DNA of 64,000 nucleotides from an uncultured Bacteroidaceae bacterium (GTDB lineage Bacteria; Bacillota; Clostridia; Christensenellales; CAG-917): NCBI GenBank assembly GCA_964599875.1, contig CAZRHE010000008.1, positions 9,781 to 73,780 of the forward strand, read 5' to 3'. Shown piece by piece: positions 25,101 to 27,439 of this stretch (position 1 is its first letter; each line of letters starts with the position of its first letter). The notes under the pieces were generated by a model. It saw only the letters and a program-made list of their open reading frames with translations, ran no database searches and was not told where the DNA came from. The position numbers and the translations under genes were made by a program.

Positions 25101-27073
25101 GCGTCGTACGCCGCTCTGTTGGAGATGGAGCCGAACTTGAGGTCAAGACCGACTTTGACGCCGACTACGGTTTCGTTGTTCGTGCCGAGGCCGAGGGTTA
25201 TGTCGAGATTCTTGTTATCCGCAAAGCCTTCGTTGAAATATTCGACCTTCGCAACGGTTACGGGGACTTTTCCTCCGTTGTAATTGCCGTTATCATCCTT
25301 GAAAATCATCGTCCAGAGATAGTCGAGGATTGCTTGGGTGATTTCGACGTTGATATTGGTGATATTGAATATCGTGCCGTTCTTTACGAGAGTGGTGTTG
25401 TCGATGATTGCGCCGACAAGTCCCAAAACATCGGTGATGTCGCCGTCGTCCGCCGCGGAAGGTGCGGTCGTGAACATGATTTCACCGCTTGCGAGTTTGT
25501 CGCGGACTTCGTACATTGCCGCCGCAAATTCGGGGTCCGCCATCGCTTCGCTGACGGATTCGTCCGAAGTCGAATTGAACAGACTGCTTATAAGACCGCT
25601 GAGAAGTTCGTTGAGATTGATATTCGGAACGACGATTTTGCCTGCGCCGAGCAAACCGTTGAGGTCGACGTACAACGCCTCGTCGCTGCCGATATAGTAC
25701 GCGCCCAGGCGGACTTTGTTGTTTTCGCCGAGCAATTCGATTGCCGCGGAAGTTTCAGCCGCGTCGCGCGTGTTAATGTCCGCTTGAACGTGCAAGTACA
25801 GCGGATAATTATTGTTTCCGTCGAGATTTATCGCAAGGTCCCACAAGGGGCTGTCTTCGTCGATCATGCTCGAAAGAAGACCCGAAAGCAAAGTGCCGAA
25901 GGAATCCGAAATTCCGCCGAGGGTCATGGTTTTGTCTTTGGTGTTCAGAAGAAGATTAAGAGTAATGTCAAAGTTGAGGAGGGAATATTCCGCCGCTTTG
26001 TCGACGTCTATTCCGCGTTCGAGAAGTCTTGCTTTCGCATCGAGTTCGTTCTTGGTGTAGCCGTTTCTGAGGCCGAATTGCTTGACGCCGAGAGAAATTT
26101 CGACTTCGTTTCTGATTTGACCGAATTCGTCGTCGACGTTTTCGGTGGAGTCGAAATCGACGTCGATATCAAACGTAACACCCGTCAATTCCTTGTCTTT
26201 AATATTGGCGACAAGGTTGATTTTGAGGTCGTCGAGAATTCTCAATTTATCGAGGTTAAGTCCGGTCGCCTTGTTGACGAGGTCGAAGATTTTATTGAGG
26301 TCGATATCGAGATTAATCCCGAACGTGCCGAGCATGTCGAGAAGTTGCGCGGGATCGCGAAGCGCGGGAACGAACGTGCCGATATTGAAAGGAATCGTAA
26401 GTTGTTGTTCGCCGTTGCCGAGGTCAACCAAAGTATTCGTATTGCCGATAATCAAACTCATGACCGTCGACATGATGTCGCTACCGAGCAAACCGGAAAT
26501 CGTAGAACCGAGAGATTCGTCGCCGAGCGCACCCGTTATCAAATTTATCAACGCATCCGCAACCGCGGTCATGTTGAGGTCGCTCGTCTTGACGACGTAA
26601 CTGCCCGCCTTGAGTCCGGTCACGTCGAACACGATGGTTTCGTCGAAATAATAAAAGCCCATCAGGCAGGTCGAAACGTCGCTGTCTTTGGGCTTCTTGT
26701 TAAGTTCGATTATAAGTTCGGAGTCCTTGTCCTCTTCGCCGATAAAGCCGGCAAGTCTGATTTCGAAATCGTTGCCGGTGTTATCCTTGATATAGTTCAA
26801 GTCGATGACGAGGTCGAAGTCGGCAATGGGTCTGATTCCGTTGCCGGCAGCGATAGCCGCATTCATGAACATTTCCAAGGCACTATCACCCGATATCTTT
26901 CCCGTCGTCACCTCGGTCATTTCACCGGGGTTGTCGTCCGGCGTAACGTCGACGTTGGTACTGTCCGACGGAGTAATTACGGGAGCGTCGTTTCCGCCTT
27001 GATTGCACGCAAAGAAACATGCCGTCAAGCAAACGACGAGAACCATAAGTAGTGCGATTTTGAGCTTCTTCAT
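1187..27073 (-). CDS. Giant (~8,628 aa) acidic modular lipoprotein / putative cell-surface fibre, family unknown
   Basis: One open minus-strand frame spans 1187-27130. I place the start at ATG 27071-27073 (MKKLKIALLMVLVVCLTAC...), with GGAGGA at 27079-27084 five nt upstream and a sigma70-like promoter at 27135-27163. The stop is TGA at 1187-1189. The C-terminus (...VKGLYTITING) has no LPXTG motif, TM helix or cell-wall-binding repeat. Confidence 0.9.
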   Translation of the reverse strand: MKKLKIALLMVLVVCLTACFFACNQGGNDAPVITPSDSTNVDVTPDDNPGEMTEVTTGKISGDSALEMFMNAAIAAGNGIRPIADFDLVIDLNYIKDNTGNDFEIRLAGFIGEEDKDSELIIELNKKPKDSDVSTCLMGFYYFDETIVFDVTGLKAGSYVVKTSDLNMTAVADALINLITGALGDESLGSTISGLLGSDIMSTVMSLIIGNTNTLVDLGNGEQQLTIPFNIGTFVPALRDPAQLLDMLGTFGINLDIDLNKIFDLVNKATGLNLDKLRILDDLKINLVANIKDKELTGVTFDIDVDFDSTENVDDEFGQIRNEVEISLGVKQFGLRNGYTKNELDAKARLLERGIDVDKAAEYSLLNFDITLNLLLNTKDKTMTLGGISDSFGTLLSGLLSSMIDEDSPLWDLAINLDGNNNYPLYLHVQADINTRDAAETSAAIELLGENNKVRLGAYYIGSDEALYVDLNGLLGAGKIVVPNINLNELLSGLISSLFNSTSDESVSEAMADPEFAAAMYEVRDKLASGEIMFTTAPSAADDGDITDVLGLVGAIIDNTTLVKNGTIFNITNINVEITQAILDYLWTMIFKDDNGNYNGGKVPVTVAKVEYFNEGFADNKNLDITLGLGTNNETVVGVKVGLDLKFGSISNRAAYDAKLSAISASKSDYINFDISEIISGTDDVGGALVDALLAALDTVYVSLTTTINLYALEGELGNLEVASGSNVLVQAFVAFAKTFDETSKLVIEANIGLNMADLLDENGEFDILGILKSDFHIGLGDTGKSENGIDIWLSGGTIYLHTREDVLGGLNIAIPADTIIGLISGGDGDSEALASDETEGSEESGDTSQIISVIAGLITGVTLGDNYLEVALVNNLIAKVFELLGVTTDLENFVELDSDEIAAYNNGNFGETVYVADENGVVSVFNGAQLSAGDKYYKLVGTNISSNLIDESTYGGVRITLADGLNLSELELLLYLGVGNDVELSLSLGELTLGFNEVPDTASRLTPPSEYDDLWVNLFETPNVYLGLELGLQSTMNAGSTPLGNGGNVVFEEQILMDYTLNIQASLDLKPLMDYLLGAKEISTEGNESQILIELVKNGAYKNEEDRLILGVYYVGGKVYLDAKNFGIEKVAVDIDLFGLIMDLIAGGDDDSAAQSAAEDMVYDSSKFDIALLIALKISDGALRVDLLQGLAELLWSTVGINVPMMDVALELAWSKLASDNLLSIEGAIKDSNNNVTGSLSLSLKHPELAISKTVKAVEPFGANAEDPLAGLTTSGDDAYTLISLLGKDENGDMTISIDQVFLELTGTIHLDAFSNADNWPVGDWISMFLSEGSVNESVSGLLERLMLAFDIPYDVSQPLGFRISAKLRFNADNIADINYILSHSDISIEIFDGEYDENAIANGATKRSLAITLLCEDPSQPTGVATGTLYIDSEIDLLKDVHIAIADLNLGALIGGSSDESGADSEALASADETAEEEEDSIIDTIVGLVGGLIGGLNASSESITVYLASTLIATVIELISPDMAYRELTAEELGTYTGERYEKINGKYYLSTTGEYKPEVTYKEAAVDFDGVRYAYVDGQYVEREDGAYFKNVEYKKLTGEERGTYTGTRFEKKVADDESTSYVESMTGNYGSSGLSTDFISLNTDNSYLRLGFNPYKLDLMVGIDPFAVGLTLSGIKIGFSDANTVENKYYPIEPDNYVGKDNFDTIAVELALELKLELLDTQDRTNKELPVNDLVSAFIADFLLSAGIEIEKDIVLDAELYLGANLNLENSSETEIVLEIRNLVKNENILGVYLYDGVIMIDMGILSDEDVLIEDTLLIDKLVEAIKGLLGEENGDESEAMSAEERKVSAEEALEIVLGIASEHISLVVSQKVILTIIALVVDLVSEEGTTGDIGESLDRLPDLGLELGLDIDFENVELALDLESTLLNLGVYVKQPCITAGKAFDSVGERIQNALYQYQVAANYVALTAEEMTEGNEAYLDPAHAYIYKDGAYAINAEGTYVEGTTYYRYTGEEGIGRFNKYRENKIVSFSLELVLEYSLNPTFTLVGSEVAGLYPDDERYSKRTSDGRYVQDPNGLYIKDPIDLNDLIDAILSIDAIKNAISGMEAGTVKDIITALIERLGLNIYLNDPLDDDIVLKIFGAIDLEKLGFDSILDADFDNFNFDLDTILSALQVGVQLVMNQGEKNEAKISIYLIDGDLYVDLGDLGGPRLTVGLDYIIGLIGGTSESAALAAEDGELGIIDYINMVVKRIVFRCSAIYRNGEYWYNNWDRLDILFNSTFITGLVGALTGQDLDLDMLNLDEVESGVFLTWKDADLDDKLSLGIRLNTISGVNIAVKLGLGFDITLADRDYVTPLSELEKADFVDITDYVENIMGMINGTPSSEQSGTQSIYLGLNLSLYFDSNDIESLELGGLLENYIRDMVLTAKTGSTFHDGLAIRVGLKLDLNALDLASLIGGNMNAFLENSDLNTLEVALEILETDDDGNVLTDGNGNYLAKGGIYLYNGNLYLNGVEIFDVADVYSYVPNFVDLLAGLIGGDDSTNAAGQGDALAAAEEDIDTADVDSAATDYDVERNAIISLIHSDVATQIVITKSVISLLVSALLPDLGSFEEVFDKLEVSLGMETGKYTYTDFAADTVAAIKELNDGDAYYVESATENEAGRYYLESINLGGNAENNRNYYIFAETDEEIPAGATRYDVTFAKADETTSADDWKRAYYRRDTYIADGANADCFILILPTDERYAYYDEIVWKENKESGRYATVATANGDEHFDTERYTLYVREGVNYEQADTVEIAKNGYDQNETYYIFAGGYVAVDTFMDRYFGYVQEKEGTYFRQPDYYTQFKQFAIGLNITANAIDIGLKLNGLDLGFGASDALIPSYILNETSRDGKDYVALSPFYESSVSLNLSVELELGITEGEIDFGMIFEKLLGNLEGVKIDIPSTAKGYSSAHFRLDAGVMLDFSQILNSEIKVELINISETGAENLWLGAYYVQNVFYIDVPFLNLPKLSITSSVVAGFIEKYLGEIFNGSYSDNVLPDSDASSDALAAGEVGADDIDVLLLLNRRALSINIANKFLRTIIEMLVDGLDLADYIPDDLIFGADVDLDINDGVNVEIGATVSIQGDRYVQLADGEVPAVKDEEEGIEGDYVFTQNNNGNYYRLDDGSFRELAPNDSVSEERRYERKDYTAAREDGTIVYRRQAGYPANGNGYDAELSLLVGVRNVSLEFTTEHEYTLSAEELSEYQEITELDRITLTEVIDITTSFKKDADIDLSAVLEMLFPDADPDKLKAEISAISDMNGDLDRKMELIINVEIKFAALVNYFRQYEVNINVGDLDEDLSIIDLFNIIKNAFTSKELSIGDLLSFINASVILNSTAMDKQDHDSSIAKSETRTLLGIYMISGEFEKLTANEINPAKDDYVAPEDRYSHYFESKNGDYYYDSADGEYKLVTVTTDLMLYGNKRYSYDSTYFYQNDNGTYKRVKGGLYVDLSYFSIPSVYINSYSLRDIASNLLPGVFGGANESDEALASDETTTAASAAELPLLGDDIAAYVTAFVWGLRITSTYIRAIVQADYINALLELLLGEDGLHFDYNFTKQPYLQINTDRSTYLYKDYAGTDADERRQSDFRFAYEIDDIGGTYYAVESNGKTTYYLRTEMASRLSEEEVANYEAGVAAGTKHYYTLSTYEAYIKIVNSGSDYYQLLTKATPFEKENAERDGATGDYRYFERQEATSATNVYYHVGDGQYERVTPDSPVDKYYEFTQIAYDDMLVSVKEEGVRKPLVSLMLYLWEYEVGLNIGFPEFGAREQEYITPDQYEAQYGEAAPAGAKYFKIDDYLYTFVGDMNSSDKWIEGTPNGTTDHDIDIYDNYTDNVRYMYYHGEYYPIVAENLYVYAEGRYVAVKDFFTTVDFEAGQMIDFTSGNEFGRAAAEYNFYLQIKLQDLGYYPRIKLTADTLYKQEKYRDVYVRNTAENREKYGLGELTDDELYVRATGKNIIEKASNAYVTTQNDGTGDYVWDYSNNQFVKASGAAANLANMPRYTAEQIEYYVYDEWNRTYVKLAEYLASNYDSDDWTNDFDATRAEVVAMSLYDGGNEINYVDTDDMFYISLTIRGGIYVTGYYDYVSVSDYLDLLNATGASYTLADINNPSSSVYVKPEDRYTMYQGGYKQLADGADLQENDYVLYSTGVETNVAEVLGGLLGDLDGIALQVLEDFSGEVLFEIKIGLSFRMDFVPEFKMNVFDLDLAIDVWRRENDAANGADGTLTHMLGLYYNRDEDTGLAGLNVDLEWLLGEGAKLAIDLSDYSVEELLASLLDGSLSFGESESDALAADEGRAQGRVASKYADPTLAGLYVNLYTRTLALKVTKGFVSLLLGMLGVDIDEDILPNFTVGVDLKLSPYSIGIDLALFDKDGEKGVLDMLVKLQLFNGTEDSSVIDFGTIEDFNKRNNTYQNSYDTDPDTADNYHFYYANFTRDDKTPYEDAYVKVGNAKSENGIDVVKVDDKYYVKATTVYANEAAFNNAVAMGVWVYKRCETKFVRVLDEKLYDEDGNVWDSTVKGDLYKYVGTEPAGQFADIKDLVLVNGADVEEGGVYYKPVSDFTNYSKIMSLNLGDLLGGADLDIESLLGDLESAEIDLSLDLSLKLNDIINWTEQMTKFISTDLYDYFEFILSSMKWRNSDFESTIGAGIDIKARLNIKNLVDYIVNGGELFDALNGLEAYIRIEYDTNFHGADASGEFNTAVAELWAQIVDGKINLYLNLEDMNDIVGMGDFFGKLKLEGLDVSGLLGADSSAYEAAGAKASADEEANMGLVGDLLGADVWNIIGMLLGQILVANDIVAVGLNESLIGDLVGMLVADLADVTEYLPRLVQTSDINTSGLVIDLGGGAPSILVNLGFVAGMESWVTLDVLRDEHAVNADNLPKYNKNADGTYTKAANGNYVLLQTEEYVLANYAYASASTPVHDDYTEGEWISSWTGDRYNFDGFDADGNFKFTKVFDYATQKNVFAKNAYGLGKFMVITNSDGAYAKLSANDAIVKDSAGTEYVLISTYNRLGATAFTATANNTYDVKTAGDYIAIGDLGLQIKLHGLGLWANQDTMQVGADKVQYNADGSYTYLDEDGMAITDYADIKKSSMNLSIGIDLSYYGGATLADGTKNVVELGELLDLILGLINPESDLAGSDFNINITNDLGSRDYPSARINLSAFIDFTDFGAMQVMLEILQYDENGYLNTDPILAVYLYNDSVYIDASHLLGSTAKLSLSGLGLTELIEGALGGLFGDDTAESGSEAMAANAQTAGGMDLHDYAYLEALIHPQYFSIGLSFAVINAVANKIYERQGKELGDLIPNLGDILIESYGYVPNTYAVMSANDRQLFAEGKFSGTVYVKNGDTYTVFNGTKLEDGKTYYHSDSRDFVMSLSAKFTEGFYASLDIVELGLDRHKVKGYSVDNLFEEYVSSAEDAKRYNKISGAYVEITESDYDGQRYAKRADGTYVTAENGAYKYVEEHFEEALNGKYYIPYAEAYNVETGEIGLSTVSLSTTISLTITSAGLMKEDAGYENSFVAWVIDLLGGLFEGTGMFGTFQKAEAGYDGQKYSYVDGEYKADDNGEFKFVVADIELNFPKRPITIDIALTADINLGAILTYGISGILYSDIALDITIGELMSEKFLSVYYLGSSRLKNTGSIYELTTEMVGTAINDALYIDASGLGLGKIKFQGFAGILGAKQKYAENYVTNYAKSANEALSTEAESSASASNKLALNVDIEEGRIALNIDTNFINSVIGLLGLDLSSLGISLDEMPLQSASVELLYDFLTGLEKLGVTAILDSVGTMLALEIKDLSIEIGNNKINVADKIGEVSYGYAGITYSTTAGLSSLINNIFDNLNPALRIDIDKKVWTADTGFSNNTIFNGDGTKLMSYFTTTHAELDLSREIKTWGSGNDPYKLYLYIDVDHPKKNAGSGTNLIAGATLQNNLSIIIKDVDLSSDFLNGIINDTVGGIAVAGSVSDDNPYGAFASFTSHEDGDNGTYAYPASEAASSGEINYADYSYSADLTGLIQKLEVNLFNSNGYIPYYSGMTDLNPSASDDTRYISIKITFGKDAFNELMVMINVLVLTLFQDVIDANKHEAYYFADINKLGLNHDRGQSMDNYNIGGNGQNMLIELFKQLEAIGKENISAHEKTVKRVALIEPYARSIPVYLYQWLIKDIIPDLGVDNINTLAGLAMALDTLENIGHLIATILPLPFVNEFASDPTANIYIDLAPKNADYNLGNDVTMFRGIQAIELYVNADKVGAGSTVRTYNRNTDGVKTGQVYGQTSTGTNTMTDALGNVSGDNVLGGWDWTVLRITPLSNSKSSTKTGMLGFLEGETATVMDGEVEAPTEIIITDPATREGTAGNHNIILNETYLENKNIFPQKADVTWTLNGTTSTAGVTDTGDKDYLGGTFITWDASSVDFTAATLESDGRYLAGYVYGYALNVVLYAIPVYVTSGYALTDVKGYVKNSDGSFSNKALSIDMTDSKKKQNVDLPDLARLSFVNGNLTFGVPLTDKNGDMLYAISYSGNNRVTLGNNSAGEAITNSDGNNYKLIPAYLAGVDYEVASTADINEYNSATGVFPLFTKDGDRYVKVSGNASTDGKVTYYKVKTETVSSGDTQTTYVKLNYNNLPKGKAFPAGWITWDTSDFTYNWSSGTIDVGFTYQWGYSNEIEDTVSVTLAGNEISSLTAFTRDNGHTTKTLTTLDAFSLDSFLNEGNGYSIAEYVKGFTKVNGKYTAGSSSSSFKDFSVKWDLSALEARLKEIAVTDENGNITGYDYYKGIDVTVTAYVGGNEFKYVTGYDDEGNANYGFVGSGSTSDKFASAGYIAQAVPVRIAITGREFEGLEKELTFDVYANDEIDNTVFGNAFKVKFKGVDKAVNVQLDGNLLSLDVPYYKDGDNYVKATDLVHTAYSYKGYDGKDLYGKFTLGNSVSGTQTVYVKINMTSMTAIQTAVKVAREDVFNPEWYNEDAYTALNVRFSEKNTVDKTMYPDWSTIKYYANSTYTKAVDNIFDGGTYYATVEAECRDANGDPIGNYVDENGKSVAQTIRLKLSVPVKKISEVKFFYDESIQNGKDIYGSGLINTMSESALKDISKYVADGYAAQTIVPAADGNGTVEYNVMPYAYVTDPSAYFKVGAWGDYRNGTAVKITYTVGGESFSEIAFVNEWDVSALAFTAQGGKRNVTLKVGNQKQTVTLNVPTTAVNKIDLDLNNANGGTLRFVGGQVSASDIKFQNGEMISHSFEYNVKDAWRLPIYATLGNALGINSVSAVGAITWADYSAPGELDSDFVTDAEGNKVYRTDENGTYVYREFTLYNVDGFAYPTNGTFRTKIYLVGDNRPVADLKANVSKCTITNFNKDETHYYSPFGNWDLAGKYNTATVTFKDNTPAMEVPVVWNSYAKPTDAEIAAGSFVRTAYIGSDLGEINVTFVVYTNYRLEVGEIENLVTDGYVLTADKFYEGLPTKAVAVVGTEGTNRYDVSLNWKVTYDKNGNITSGLNEDGTVNVEIRLHDEKIADVAVKLAVEGDSITSVMLNGSLLDPFNVYTTLFASGDEITIETASGGTATVIGTYELPADYYTNTAAYFGKTIDLEVTLTYPGGSEKQTISVEILDRTIKKITNPAYRSIILDPFFNDTFREGGLNLPLTVKATLKDGTVYDFVPEWPDDSIITSKGYFNANNKVKFTFYYESADGEYGIADITDDGIDNPRYVKIADIEGGYSGSRYSMGASQYVTVPLTVLTRAAEEANFVFDGFEKQSENLKYSYSSYAITYGSKDANLGNVIDVVYDSDTNLPEEVVFYNAYSFGNPSLPKYLDVKFNGAGEVRRYYLETEGFEQFFGKVDVTENTTHKVKLHVYPTEAKEFEIFLNGKSALEVKVTIKKTDVTRFNSDVASSKLSTDNLNYTGFEVYTKDTDAKSAYNTANYSNTVTFYPDGKFITVDEWNANGYENVKWLGDSSKYIYKVLGNGTVAANGEVALKDGARVGTPYYYHYNAKGRTYTVLSDDDFIDSASTYVFVFTVRQTLNAEWVTKDTTVSVNGGTSYVEAVLSSPVTITAGVVNNANATVRVPIEVNSAIVNSVSIADSDFVAGADKSHMSKNGDTYVFTFDPYTTPDVFEQIFEANNEGRYALKDGKYVELSDKERVEYSGTLYAPIGYKYFPNSMTIVTENGTRVNKEVTWNFGASKVTYEGGTFLIRATVKGDGVKDQVVVANLVVNPRTVTGLASGNDDLTKNTGFYGASNQTYINPYEYLSKDVVLPDTLNVNVTKGNGSTDTEVKTFGNSDGYTLAWNFSKFNPTYEGGMIYLIAVLTGPDGTAQEFEIPFLVQRMYAKSITTVFKLDEERVANGTITSARYSSAPYTATVSNHTASAYTIDAGNTASYAIPQAYKVTFDISNPVVTNGKVTGWTTTTEGTKWDSHKTGSTHDTKIFTYVMLSMPGGFSLTADILKNGMSDAKNATIQLGNGERITIPFTVTGKDVSGQTPSYSGNKLNTKVGGVPVVWYGVAVSYGIGGTPLSHHSVMLASDTGEYVLSAPSGRKVVYYLYACVGASVDSVSRVGDTTVATANSGSTGLTVNGETIYAVSAGQEIPVGQAVKGLYTITING
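1190..7930 (-). repeat. C-terminal array (~2,250 aa) of divergent Ig-like/beta-sandwich units within the giant protein
   Basis: A strand motif [VI]xW(D/N)x(S/T)...G(G)xY...V.V recurs roughly every 100-170 aa. Examples: ADVTWTLNG (W codon 7826-7828), FITWDASSVDF, WITWDTSDFTYNW, FSVKWDLSALE, VNEWDVSALAFTAQGGKRNVTLKV, AITWADYSAPGE, VVWNSYAKP, SLNWKVTYDKNGN, EVTWNFGASKVTYEGGTFLIRATV, TLAWNFSKFNPTYEGGMIYLIAVL. This resembles Big_3/Ig-like surface-protein repeats, but the family was not verified. Confidence 0.5.
7931..9814 (-). other. Non-repetitive central region (~620 aa) of the giant protein, unknown fold
   Basis: It lies between the last acidic linker (9815-9865) and the first W-motif unit. 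It includes a helix-like stretch, FNELMVMINVLVLTLFQDVIDANKHEAYYF...NMLIELFKQLEAIGKENISAHEKTVKRVALIEPYARSIPVYLYQWLIKDIIPDLG, seen nowhere else in the protein. Confidence 0.4.
9815..25573 (-). repeat. At least 13 homologous N-terminal modules delimited by hydrophobic-GG + acidic A-x-[A/S] linkers
   Basis: Linkers, checked codon by codon against the frame: 25529-25573 STSDESVSEAMADPE; 24530-24598 GGDGDSEALASDETEGSEESGDT; 23591-23632 GGDDDSAAQSAAED; 22625-22705 GGSSDESGADSEALASADETAEEEEDS; 21494-21568 GEENGDESEAMSAEERKVSAEEALE; 20339-20389 GGTSESAALAAEDGELG; 19382-19450 GGDDSTNAAGQGDALAAAEEDID; 17885-17947 PDSDASSDALAAGEVGADDID; 16439-16507 GGANESDEALASDETTTAASAAE; 14063-14101 GESESDALAADEG; 12644-12706 GADSSAYEAAGAKASADEEAN; 11177-11239 GDDTAESGSEAMAANAQTAGG; 9815-9865 SANEALSTEAESSASAS. 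Confidence 0.75.
27005..27073 (-). other. Signal peptide with lipobox (SPase II type) of the giant protein
   Basis: MKKLKIALLMVLVVCLTACFFAC has a basic n-region and a hydrophobic core. The lipobox is L-T-A-C (Cys19), with F-F-A-C (Cys23) as an alternative. Confidence 0.65.
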
Positions 27074-27134
27074 AATCTTCCTCCAGGCTACGCGTACGTA
27101 ATGCGCACGCAAGCATAGAATAATATACATTAAG

Positions 27135-27163
27135 ATTGTAATGTGTTACGAGGTAAATGTCAA
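27135..27163 (-). promoter_or_regulatory. Sigma70-type promoter of the giant gene
   Basis: Minus strand reads TTGACA (27158-27163), a 17-nt spacer, then TACAAT (27135-27140). The predicted TSS is near 27128, giving a ~55-nt leader to ATG 27073. Confidence 0.6.
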
Positions 27164-27361
27164 TAGTATTTTGAAAAAATCGACGGCTGTAAAATTTTGT
27201 CAGCGCGATTCCGATTTCAAAAATTAGCAACTTTGTTGCTAAAATTTAAGGCGCACCGCAGTATATTGGGGTGTCGGGACGACCCTGAACACAATATAAA
27301 CCGCCCGCGAAAAATCGATTTTCTAAAAAAATTTTTTGTTTTGGCGGCGAAAATTTTCGGT

Positions 27362-27420
27362 TTTTATCGAAGAAAAAAAGAAAAACGACGCCGCTCTCAA
27401 AAGGGAGAGGGCGCCGCGTC
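27362..27420 (-). terminator. Intrinsic terminator of the 27440-28297 gene
   Basis: On the minus strand a GC-rich imperfect hairpin (gacgcggcgccctctc / cctttt / gagagcggcgtc) is followed by GTTTTTCTTTTTTTCTTCG. Confidence 0.6.
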
Positions 27421-27439
27421 ACACTGTCTATCGCTTTAC

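Noticed and set aside
1226-27052. Five very long plus-strand ORFs (1080, 2252, 670, 2792 and 1575 aa) inside the giant gene
   Set aside because: All are in exact codon register antisense to the minus-strand gene. Their translations are low-complexity V/D/E/G/R/F-rich with no motifs, RBS or promoters. They arise because the sense gene avoids TTA/CTA/TCA. The minus-strand product has a signal peptide, repeats and domain-like structure.
27074-27130. Upstream in-frame start (MYIILCLRAHYVRVAWRKI...) for the giant ORF
   Set aside because: The ATG at 27130 lies at or upstream of the TSS predicted from the TTGACA/TACAAT promoter, and it has no SD. The ATG at 27073 has GGAGGA and starts a canonical lipoprotein signal.
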